Of a stretch of DNA of 64,000 nucleotides, positions 55,737-64,000 are shown in pieces. The notes below the pieces were generated by a model. That model ran no database searches. It saw only the letters and a list, made by a program, of their open reading frames with translations, and had not been told where the DNA came from. A program made the position numbers and the translations under genes. Positions within the stretch are counted from its first letter, which is position 1. Every line of letters begins with the position of its first letter. Location of the stretch: NCBI RefSeq assembly GCF_054482595.1, contig NZ_CM137008.1, one strand, 5' to 3'.

Positions 55737-56461
55737 TGTACGCGCTCGCCAGGCAGTGAAAATGTGTCCGCATTTTGTAAATAGTGCTGTAAAAACAACA
55801 TGCTTTGCGGCAGTGTTGTTTCATTACCCGCAATGGCTGACTGCGTTTCACATTGCCACTCATCGCCAGCTTCAATCACCAGCGCGACGGCGTACGGCCA
55901 GGTCGGCATTTCTGCGGGCAGTTGTGGATGATAGAACTCAGGCAGAAAGCCATCAAAATCGACCATCAGCACGCGCTGGTATCCCGCTTGTAACAGGCTA
56001 AGCACTTCACACAAACCTTGCTGGAAAGTGTCGCGACCAGCAGAAAGCGATGACGAAACGATCGGCTGTTTGGCCGCAATGGTCAGGTTACCCACGGAAG
56101 AGTTGTGTACTGAAAGTGCAAAGTCGGTCGGAGAAAGCGCCTGTTCGGTTGCCAGTGCATGAACAATGCGGTAATTGCGCTCCAGTTCGCCATGACGACT
56201 GGTATACAAAACGGCGTCTGGCTGATGGCGGCGTAGCATTGCCAGACCGCATTCAACAGCCAGTTTGCTGCCTGAACTGAGGCGGCGGGCGGTCATCATT
56301 GGCAGTTCACTTAATTTTGCCAACGGCGCGGCAGGGTCAATCGCCCACGGCTGGCGCGACCATGCTTGCCATTGCTGCGCTTCGCTAAGTCCAGGCGCCA
56401 GTGCCTGCCAGTCGGTAATATTTAATGTAAATTTCATCAACGCGCGCCCGCGGTAAACCAA
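55715..56461 (-). CDS. apeC: Ketosynthase-like protein lacking the active-site Cys (chain-length-factor-like partner)
   Basis: 248 aa; ketosynthase N-terminal-like fold without a Cys-His-His triad. Confidence 0.6.
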   Translation of the reverse strand: MVYRGRALMKFTLNITDWQALAPGLSEAQQWQAWSRQPWAIDPAAPLAKLSELPMMTARRLSSGSKLAVECGLAMLRRHQPDAVLYTSRHGELERNYRIVHALATEQALSPTDFALSVHNSSVGNLTIAAKQPIVSSSLSAGRDTFQQGLCEVLSLLQAGYQRVLMVDFDGFLPEFYHPQLPAEMPTWPYAVALVIEAGDEWQCETQSAIAGNETTLPQSMLFLQHYLQNADTFSLPGERVQWRWSRG

Positions 56462-56477
56462 AATTATTAAGTGACGA

Positions 56478-57545
56478 TTATTTCTTTTGGCATATCAAAA
56501 GTGTATGCCCAACGCCTAAATTATCGTGGCGCTCTGCTACCTGGAATCCTGCTTTATTCAGATAGTCGTAAAATTTCTCTGCACTATAGAAACGGCTGTT
56601 ACCGTTTGCCATGCAGGTAAAATAAAGTGAGGACGCGTTCAGGCTAAATGATGCTGCTTCAAACCGCTGCGCATCCCAGAACAACTCCATGATGCAAACT
56701 TTTGCGCCAGGCTTCATTACGCTGGCAATTTTGCTGAGTATGCTAATTATTTGTTCGGGTGAAAAACAGTCTAAAAATTGGCTCATCCACCAGATATCAG
56801 CCTCGCCCGGTAATGGGGCATCGCTTAGCATATCCACCGCATGGAAATCTATGCGATCAGAAAAACCTGCATTCGCGATATTTTCTTTCGCTAGTACGAT
56901 TTGTTGTGGCAGATCTAATAACGTCACGGCGATGTTTTCATTGTATTTGCAGCAACGCAAAGCCCACTTACCCGTATTGCCGCCTACATCGTACAATGTT
57001 GTGGGGTTGTTGGCGAATACATAAGGCAGTGCGGCGTTAAATGCGCCATCTGAATAGTAATGATCAAACGCAAACCAGCTTTCACGAGCGGCGTCTGGTA
57101 ATTGCGAAAGTGCCGGATATATCGTCGACCAGTCGCCAAATACTTTTAACCCGGAAGGTTTTCCTTCATTGAGTGAATCGGCGAGGAAGAAGAGCCCCTG
57201 GTAACAGACATCCTGGGTGAAATCCATATTCACGCGAGTCATAGTGTCATGCAGGAGGTAATGACCGATTTTCGCCAGGTAATAAATTCCCTCTTTACAG
57301 GTAATAATTCGCCCGCTTAAGCCCATATCTAACAGAACGCTGGCAGCATATTCGTTGATATGGCTATGTTCGGTGATATCAGCCAGCGTTGCGCCATGTT
57401 TGCCTTGCCGATCCAGATATGAAAGTACACCCGCATTACGTAGGCAGAGTGCTGTTTGAAAAAGCATAGGGGCAAAGGCAATGCGTTGAGCTTCGGTAAT
57501 CGCATCCAGTGCGCTAAGAGAATCCTGTTCGTACATGTTGGGCAC
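56478..57545 (-). CDS. apeB: SAM-dependent methyltransferase
   Basis: 355 aa; class I methyltransferase glycine-rich motif DVGGNTGKWAL. Confidence 0.7.
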   Translation of the reverse strand: MPNMYEQDSLSALDAITEAQRIAFAPMLFQTALCLRNAGVLSYLDRQGKHGATLADITEHSHINEYAASVLLDMGLSGRIITCKEGIYYLAKIGHYLLHDTMTRVNMDFTQDVCYQGLFFLADSLNEGKPSGLKVFGDWSTIYPALSQLPDAARESWFAFDHYYSDGAFNAALPYVFANNPTTLYDVGGNTGKWALRCCKYNENIAVTLLDLPQQIVLAKENIANAGFSDRIDFHAVDMLSDAPLPGEADIWWMSQFLDCFSPEQIISILSKIASVMKPGAKVCIMELFWDAQRFEAASFSLNASSLYFTCMANGNSRFYSAEKFYDYLNKAGFQVAERHDNLGVGHTLLICQKK

Positions 57546-57604
57546 AACCTGTTAAGAGGGAATTAAATTATTATCGGACCGCAACGGCCCGACTTTAGGA
57601 AGAA

Positions 57605-57994
57605 TTATAAATCTGCGCCCGCTGACAAATTCAGTTGAATATCTTTGTCGAGATTGCGGACCCAGCGATTGTAGTTTTTATGAATTTGTCCGCCTGACGC
57701 TTGTAGGTTCTGGCTATTTTCATAATTGATATCGTAGCTGGATGCCGTGTAGTTAATGCGTATTTCCGCTGAATGATCGCGTGACTGTTGACGTGCTTTA
57801 ATTATGCCTTGTCCGGCTTCGGACATAATCCATTTGCGTTCAACGCCAGCTTTCAGAATCGCTTTTTTCACTTGTTCCTGGGTATGACCAGCGCTGACGG
57901 TTGAGTGAACCTGATCAATTGGCGCAGTACGCGCGCAACCTGCTAAAGCACCCACAACAGCAATAGCCGCAAACCATTTCATGTAATGTCTCAT
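57605..57994 (-). CDS. Small lipoprotein, possible first gene of the biosynthetic operon
   Basis: 129 aa; signal peptide and lipobox LAGC; AT-rich 380 bp promoter-like region upstream. Confidence 0.55.
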   Translation of the reverse strand: MRHYMKWFAAIAVVGALAGCARTAPIDQVHSTVSAGHTQEQVKKAILKAGVERKWIMSEAGQGIIKARQQSRDHSAEIRINYTASSYDINYENSQNLQASGGQIHKNYNRWVRNLDKDIQLNLSAGADL

Positions 57995-58373
57995 TAGAAC
58001 CCCATTAAAGTATTGTTTTTACGAGTAAAGCAAGATTTAACTGTAATTGCTGGCATCACTATTCTTTATTTAGAGAAAAAATTACTTGTGAGATAAGTCA
58101 GTAAGTGCACATCAGAGTAAAAATCTCTGAAATGACTAAATTACTGCCAGCAGGGACCAACTATAAGTGAGTGAGAAAAATGAGGCAATAAAAATAACAC
58201 AATGTTATCAGTGCATTCTTTGAGAAGGATTTAATCGCTATTCGGCGTTTATATATATTTGACTTAAGGAATGGTTTTTTTAAATTAATTTTCTGAATAA
58301 TGTTTCATCATTTCCTCAAATCAAATGGCCACTGTTAGATAAACGGTGGCCATTGCCTGCTCAGGAGGTGCTA

Positions 58374-59423
58374 TTAACCCGGTAACCGACTTTTCGGTCT
58401 GCCCGGCCCCAGTAAAATCGCCAGTTTGCTACCGCCTTTGGTGGTTTCCATCCAGATTTTACACACGCTGGTTAATGGCACCGAAAGTAGCATCCCTACC
58501 GGGCCGAGCAGCCATCCCCAAATTAACAATGAAAGAAATACCACCATGGTGGACATCCCCAGGCGATGGCCCATCATCCGTGGTTCTAAAATATTGCCGA
58601 TAACCATATGGACAACTAAAAACAATGCGCCGACCAGAATACATTCGTAAACACCATTAAACAGCAGCACCTGAATCATTGGCGGTACGGCGGAAATTAC
58701 CGCGCCGATATTGGGCACGTAGTTGAGCAAAAACGCCAGTACTGCCCACATCAGCGCAAACTGCACCCCCATCAGCTCCAGCCCCAGCCAGACGATGACA
58801 CCTGTCCATAAACTGAGTAGCGTCTTTAACGCCAGATAATGCGAAACGCCTTTAAGTGCGCGGTGTAATCCTGCGATGTGAATCTGTGGGTTATTCAGCG
58901 CAAAACGCATTTTGTAAGGGACGTGGCGCACTTCAAATAGCATGAAAACAACGGTCATCACCAGCAAAAGCACGCTCGCCATTGCCCCGGAAAGCCCGGT
59001 CATTAGCGCTGTGGTGAAGGTAACCACTTTTTCCGAGTCCATCCGCTGCAGCATTCGCTCCGGCGACATATGCAAATTAAGAAAAGGCAACATCTCCTGC
59101 AATTTAAAAAGTTTGCGCGTCAGCTCCTTATTAAACTTCGGCAGCATAGAGATAAATTCGTTAAACGATGCCGCCAGTACGCCGACCAGCGCGGTTAGAG
59201 TGATCAGCATCACCACCACCACAATCGTAATGGCAACGGGGCGTTTTACTCCCCGTCGAATAAACCAGGTAACGAGCGGGTTGAGGACGATGGCAAAAAA
59301 CAGCGCCAGTAACAGCTGCACAATGATATCTGCCGCTGCGTGAATGCCCGCGAGGATCACTACCAGCGAGGCCAGCTTGAGCAGAATGTGCATGCCCGTT
59401 TTATCGGGTTGAGGGGTTTCCAT
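58374..59423 (-). CDS. yhhT: AI-2E (PerM) family transporter YhhT
   Basis: 349 aa from METPQPDKTGMHILLK with AGGAAG ribosome-binding site; the ORF-track start at 59504 was rejected. Confidence 0.85.
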   Translation of the reverse strand: METPQPDKTGMHILLKLASLVVILAGIHAAADIIVQLLLALFFAIVLNPLVTWFIRRGVKRPVAITIVVVVMLITLTALVGVLAASFNEFISMLPKFNKELTRKLFKLQEMLPFLNLHMSPERMLQRMDSEKVVTFTTALMTGLSGAMASVLLLVMTVVFMLFEVRHVPYKMRFALNNPQIHIAGLHRALKGVSHYLALKTLLSLWTGVIVWLGLELMGVQFALMWAVLAFLLNYVPNIGAVISAVPPMIQVLLFNGVYECILVGALFLVVHMVIGNILEPRMMGHRLGMSTMVVFLSLLIWGWLLGPVGMLLSVPLTSVCKIWMETTKGGSKLAILLGPGRPKSRLPG

Positions 59424-59554
59424 TGGGGCTTCCTTGTGACTTTTTGTATTAAGTGTAGCGGGAGTCACGCCAGCAATATTCTGATTCTTACTGCTGATTT
59501 TCACGTCAGCACGTGGTAAAAATGAAACACTGTTGTAAAAATGTGGTGATCCTC

Positions 59555-60772
59555 ATGCCCGAACCCGTAGCCGAACCCGCGCTAAACGGATTGCGCCTGA
59601 ATTTGCGCATTGTCTCCATTGTCATGTTTAACTTCGCCAGCTACCTCACCATCGGGTTGCCGCTCGCTGTATTACCGGGCTATGTCCATGATGTGATGGG
59701 CTTTAGCGCTTTCTGGGCAGGATTGGTTATCAGCCTGCAATACTTCGCCACCTTGCTGAGCCGCCCTCATGCCGGACGTTACGCCGATTTGCTGGGACCC
59801 AAAAAGATTGTCGTCTTCGGTTTATGCGGCTGCTTTTTGAGCGGTCTGGGATATCTGACGGCAGGATTAACCGCCAGTCTGCCCGTCATCAGCCTGTTAT
59901 TACTTTGCTTGGGACGCGTCATCCTTGGGATTGGGCAAAGTTTTGCCGGAACGGGATCGACCCTGTGGGGCGTTGGCGTGGTTGGCTCGCTGCATATCGG
60001 ACGGGTGATTTCGTGGAACGGTATTGTCACTTATGGGGCGATGGCGATGGGTGCGCCGTTAGGTGTCGTGTTTTATCACTGGGGCGGCTTGCAGGCGTTA
60101 GCGTTAATCATTATGGCCGTGGCGCTGGTGGCCATTTTGTTGGCGATCCCGCGTCCGACGGTAAAAGCCAGTAAAGGCAAACCGCTGCCGTTTCGCGCGG
60201 TGCTTGGGCGCGTCTGGCTGTACGGTATGGCGCTGGCGTTGGCTTCCGCCGGATTTGGCGTCATCGCCACCTTTATCACGCTGTTTTATGACGCTAAAGG
60301 TTGGGACGGTGCGGCTTTCGCGCTGACGCTGTTTAGCTGTGCGTTTGTCGGTACGCGTTTGTTATTCCCTAACGGCATTAACCGTATCGGCGGCTTAAAC
60401 GTAGCGATGATTTGCTTTAGCGTTGAGATAATCGGCCTGCTACTGGTTGGCGTGGCGACTATGCCGTGGATGGCGAAAATCGGCGTCTTACTGGCGGGGG
60501 CCGGGTTTTCGCTGGTGTTCCCGGCATTGGGTGTAGTGGCGGTAAAAGCGGTTCCGCAGCAAAATCAGGGGGCGGCGCTGGCAACTTACACCGTATTTAT
60601 GGATTTATCGCTTGGCGTGACCGGACCACTGGCTGGGCTGGTGATGAGCTGGGCGGGCGTACCGGTGATTTATCTGGCGGCGGCGGGACTGGTCGCAATC
60701 GCGTTATTACTGACGTGGCGATTAAAAAAACGGCCTCCGGAACACGTCCCTGAGGCCGCCTCATCATCTTAA
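59555..60772 (+). CDS. yhhS: MFS transporter YhhS
   Basis: 405 aa from MPEPVAEPALNG; 12 predicted transmembrane segments; divergent from yhhT. Confidence 0.85.
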   Translation: MPEPVAEPALNGLRLNLRIVSIVMFNFASYLTIGLPLAVLPGYVHDVMGFSAFWAGLVISLQYFATLLSRPHAGRYADLLGPKKIVVFGLCGCFLSGLGYLTAGLTASLPVISLLLLCLGRVILGIGQSFAGTGSTLWGVGVVGSLHIGRVISWNGIVTYGAMAMGAPLGVVFYHWGGLQALALIIMAVALVAILLAIPRPTVKASKGKPLPFRAVLGRVWLYGMALALASAGFGVIATFITLFYDAKGWDGAAFALTLFSCAFVGTRLLFPNGINRIGGLNVAMICFSVEIIGLLLVGVATMPWMAKIGVLLAGAGFSLVFPALGVVAVKAVPQQNQGAALATYTVFMDLSLGVTGPLAGLVMSWAGVPVIYLAAAGLVAIALLLTWRLKKRPPEHVPEAASSS

Positions 60773-60775
60773 AAC

Positions 60776-61333
60776 TTACTGAATAACCAGCGTATTAATG
60801 ATGTTTTCTGCGGTTGTCTGCGCTTTTTGCTGATCGTCAGCTGGCAGCGTAATTTGCATGGTTAGCAGTTGATTACCCACGTTACCCAGAATAACGGAAG
60901 AGTACGCCGTCTGGCCTTTCGCGGAGATAATACTGTCTAACTGCTGCATTTTGTGACCTTTCAGCTCAATGGCTTTATTGGTTACCACTTGCAGCTGCGG
61001 ATCGCGGCTACGTTGCTGATCTTCCAGACGCTTCGCCAGCACCGCCAGATCTTCTTTCGGATCATCGCCCATGATGACGATGACTGCTTTCTGACCGGTG
61101 GCGTCGGACCAGACATGCATGTTATTGGCCTGCGTTCCCAGCTTACCGCTCTGGTCGGTCATATCCGCTGGCAGCGAGAAACTTAACTTGCCATCAAGCA
61201 GGTTGACGGGATTCCCGGTAGCGTTACTTTCCGCGACCGAACCCTGCGCCGTAGCGTTAGTGTCTTTATCATCACAGGCCGCAAGCCCCATAACCAGCAG
61301 GCCAATTCCGACATATTTAACCAGATTGCGCAT
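60776..61333 (-). CDS. dcrB: Periplasmic lipoprotein DcrB
   Basis: 185 aa from [22 protein letters not shown] (lipobox LAAC). Confidence 0.88.
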
Positions 61334-61405
61334 TGACTTCTTCCTTTCGATAAACGGCCATAACGGCTCATTCATCCATCTTATCACAACTCTGATAACG
61401 AACCT

Positions 61406-62071
61406 TTAACTCGCCTGCAAAGCGTTGATTTCGGATTTATCTGCCAGTCTTTTCAACAGCATATTGAGTAATACGCCATACATTGGCAGGAAGAAAACGA
61501 TACTGATTAACACTTTGAAACAGTAATCGACCAGCGCGATTTCCATCCAGTGTTCAGCCATAAAGGCATCCGGGCTACGCCAGAAGGCAATGAAGAAAAA
61601 GGCCAGCGTGTCGCTGACGTTACCGAACAGTGTGGACGCTGTCGGTGCCAGCCACCAGCGGCGACTCTGACGCAGGCGGTTAAAAACGTGCACGTCGAGG
61701 ATCTGTCCCAGCGCGTAGGCCATGAAACTGGCGGTGGCGATACGGGCGACAAACAGGTTGAAGTGGGCGAGTGCGCCGAATCCCTGCCAGGAACCCATAT
61801 AGAATAGCGACGAGATGACGTAGGAGATCAGCAACGCCGGGATCATCACCGCAAAGATGATACGACGGGCCAGCGGTGCGCCAAAAATACGTACGGTCAG
61901 GTCGGTAGCGAGAAAGATAAACGGAAAGCTAAACGCGCCCCAGGTGGTATGGAAACCAAAAATGGAGACGGGAAGCTGAACCAGATAGTTACTGGAGGTG
62001 ATCACCAGCAGATGAAATAAAGATAACCAGAACAATGCTTTATAGCGTTGAGTTTGCGAGAAAACGTTCAT
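61406..62071 (-). CDS. yhhQ: Queuosine precursor transporter YhhQ
   Basis: 221 aa membrane protein; MNVFSQTQRYKALFWLSLFHLLVI…. Confidence 0.9.
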   Translation of the reverse strand: MNVFSQTQRYKALFWLSLFHLLVITSSNYLVQLPVSIFGFHTTWGAFSFPFIFLATDLTVRIFGAPLARRIIFAVMIPALLISYVISSLFYMGSWQGFGALAHFNLFVARIATASFMAYALGQILDVHVFNRLRQSRRWWLAPTASTLFGNVSDTLAFFFIAFWRSPDAFMAEHWMEIALVDYCFKVLISIVFFLPMYGVLLNMLLKRLADKSEINALQAS

Positions 62072-62291
62072 ATTGTACCTTTTTGATTAACCATTGGGGT
62101 GAGGGAACCCAATACGTACGACACGTCTGTTACCTTAACATAATAACGTGCTTACCCTTTTTTCGAGCCGCCGCATGATACTGCTTTACGTTGACAATGC
62201 AATGGTTAATTTTCACGCAATCGTTAACCTGGTTTGCTTACGGACTCACAGGGCGTAAACTAGCGCCGTTTTTTTATGTGATGAGAAGAAA

Positions 62292-62537
62292 ATGACCGAT
62301 CTCTTTTCCAGCCCTGACCACACACTCGACGCACTTGGCCTGCGCTGCCCGGAACCCGTAATGATGGTGCGCAAAACAGTGCGCAATATGCAGCCAGGTG
62401 AAACGTTGCTGATTATTGCTGACGATCCGGCGACGACCCGCGATATTCCTGGGTTTTGTACCTTTATGGAACACGAACTGGTTGCTAAAGAGACGGATGG
62501 ATTGCCTTATCGTTATTTGATTCGTAAAGGCGGTTGA
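62292..62537 (+). CDS. tusA: Sulfur carrier protein TusA
   Basis: 81 aa; conserved [13 protein letters not shown] motif with the active Cys. Confidence 0.95.
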
Positions 62538-62638
62538 TGGGGGCAGATTGGCTTCGATGCCGCCTTTTCCCCTCACCCTAACCCTCTCCCCAGAGGAGCG
62601 AGGGGACCGATCGCGCTCAATGTTGCGATCGGTTTGCC

Positions 62639-64000
62639 TTATCTCCTGCGCAACAATCTTAACGCATTCGCTGTCACCAGCACCGTCGCACCCGTATCTG
62701 CCAGCACCGCCAGCCATAGTCCGGTCATTCCTAACAGCGTGGTGACGAGGAAGATCCCTTTCAGCCCCAGCGCAATAGTGATGTTCTGGCGGATATTGGC
62801 GTGAGTGGCGCGTGCCAGTTCAATCATTTGCACCAGACCGCGCAGGTGGTTATGGGTTAATGCTGCGTCGGCGGTTTCCAGCGCCACGTCTGTGCCGCTG
62901 CCCATTGCAATCCCGATGGCGGCAGCTTTCATCGCTGGCGCGTCGTTAATACCGTCACCGACCATCGCCAGCGGCGCATGTTGATTCAGCTCGGTCACCG
63001 CTTTGACTTTATCTTCCGGCAACAGGCCCGCTTTAAACTCCAGCCCCAGCTCCCCGGCAATTGCCGCCGCTGCGCGTGGATTATCGCCGGTGAGGATCAC
63101 CCCTTTGACGCCCAGCGCGTTCAGTTCACTGATGGCTGTTGCAGCATCGGCGCGCAGGGTATCCTGTAACGCAATGACACCAAGCACGTCATCGTTACGT
63201 ACTACCAGCACTACCGTTTGCCCGGCGCTTTCCAGTTCGTTAATTAAACCAGCAAATGCATCAGCGGGATGTTTCCCGGCAGCGCATATCAACACGCGCT
63301 CACCGTTAACCTGCGCTTCAATGCCAGACCCGACCAGTGCCCGCTGTGATTCGGCGGCGGGAATGGCGAGTGCAGCAACCTGTGCTTCGCGCACGATGGC
63401 CTGCGCCAGTGGATGCGTCGCGCCTTGCTCGACCGCCGCCGCCAGTGTCAGCAGTTCAGATTCACTAATACCCGTTGCCGGATGAATCGCGGTAACGCGC
63501 GGTTTACCGACGGTCAGCGTACCGGTTTTATCAAACGCCACCTGGGTAACACGACCTAGCTGCTCCAGCGCCGCACCGCCTTTAATTAACGCCCCACGAC
63601 GTGCCGCTGCTGCCAGCCCGGAGGTAATCGCCGCGGGCGTGGAGATAACTAAAGCACACGGGCAGCCAATCAGCAGCAGCGTCAGCCCTTTATAAATCCA
63701 CTCCTGCCAACTTGCGGCAAACAGCAGCGGCGGCACCAGCGTTACCAGCAGGGCGACGGCCATAATCGCTGGCGTATAAATACGGCTGAAACGGTCGATA
63801 AACCGCTCAATGGGAGCGCGACGCTCTTCGGCTTCTTCGATCAGTTTCAGAATCCGGTCAATGGCGCTGGCACCCGGTTCTGACAGCACTTCCAGCGTTA
63901 CCAGACGGTCTACGCTGGTGGCTCCTGCAGGAACTTTATCGCCCGTCGCGCGCTCCACCGGAATGGATTCTCCGGTCAGGGCGCTTTCATCAAAACTGGC
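62639..64000 (-). CDS. zntA: Zn/Cd/Pb-translocating P-type ATPase, C-terminal part (5' end lies beyond the window)
   Basis: Minus-strand frame open to the window edge; P-type ATPase motifs CPCALVISTP, DKTGTLT and GDGINDAP. Confidence 0.92.
   Translation of the reverse strand, partial: ASFDESALTGESIPVERATGDKVPAGATSVDRLVTLEVLSEPGASAIDRILKLIEEAEERRAPIERFIDRFSRIYTPAIMAVALLVTLVPPLLFAASWQEWIYKGLTLLLIGCPCALVISTPAAITSGLAAAARRGALIKGGAALEQLGRVTQVAFDKTGTLTVGKPRVTAIHPATGISESELLTLAAAVEQGATHPLAQAIVREAQVAALAIPAAESQRALVGSGIEAQVNGERVLICAAGKHPADAFAGLINELESAGQTVVLVVRNDDVLGVIALQDTLRADAATAISELNALGVKGVILTGDNPRAAAAIAGELGLEFKAGLLPEDKVKAVTELNQHAPLAMVGDGINDAPAMKAAAIGIAMGSGTDVALETADAALTHNHLRGLVQMIELARATHANIRQNITIALGLKGIFLVTTLLGMTGLWLAVLADTGATVLVTANALRLLRRR

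Noticed and set aside
62072-62291. Possible preQ1 riboswitch upstream of yhhQ
   Set aside because: No conserved preQ1-I hairpin and A-rich tail could be recognised by eye; the region looks like an ordinary divergent promoter.

Overview
This 64 kb window reads as an Escherichia coli-type chromosomal segment, equivalent to the K-12 ~3.6 Mb region in reverse orientation, with conserved backbone genes interrupted by several accessory blocks. The backbone runs slp-dctR, yhiS, arsRBC, the dinQ/agrAB type I toxin-antitoxin locus, gor, rlmJ, prlC, rsmJ, dtpB, uspA/uspB, pitA, yhiN, yhiM, yhiL/yhiJ, yhiI-rbbA-yhhJ, nikABCDE-nikR, acpT, yhhT, yhhS, dcrB, yhhQ, tusA and the 3' end of zntA. The accessory blocks are: (1) chuA(partial)-chuS heme utilisation genes next to dctR; (2) a HicA/HicB-like toxin-antitoxin pair with a tandem-repeat operator; (3) a seven-gene PTS sugar catabolic island (GntR regulator, EIIA, EIIB, EIIC, FGGY kinase, HPr-like, class II aldolase); (4) a ~15 kb, 17-18 gene type II PKS/FAS-like cluster between acpT and yhhT with the gene order of aryl polyene (APE) clusters. 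The least understood element is the AT-rich yhiL/yhiJ paralog pair, which carries a divergent PPP-type metallophosphatase motif triad. All identifications rest on reading the translated ORFs and motifs by eye; no database search was run. No rRNA, tRNA, CRISPR array, IS element or integrase was found.
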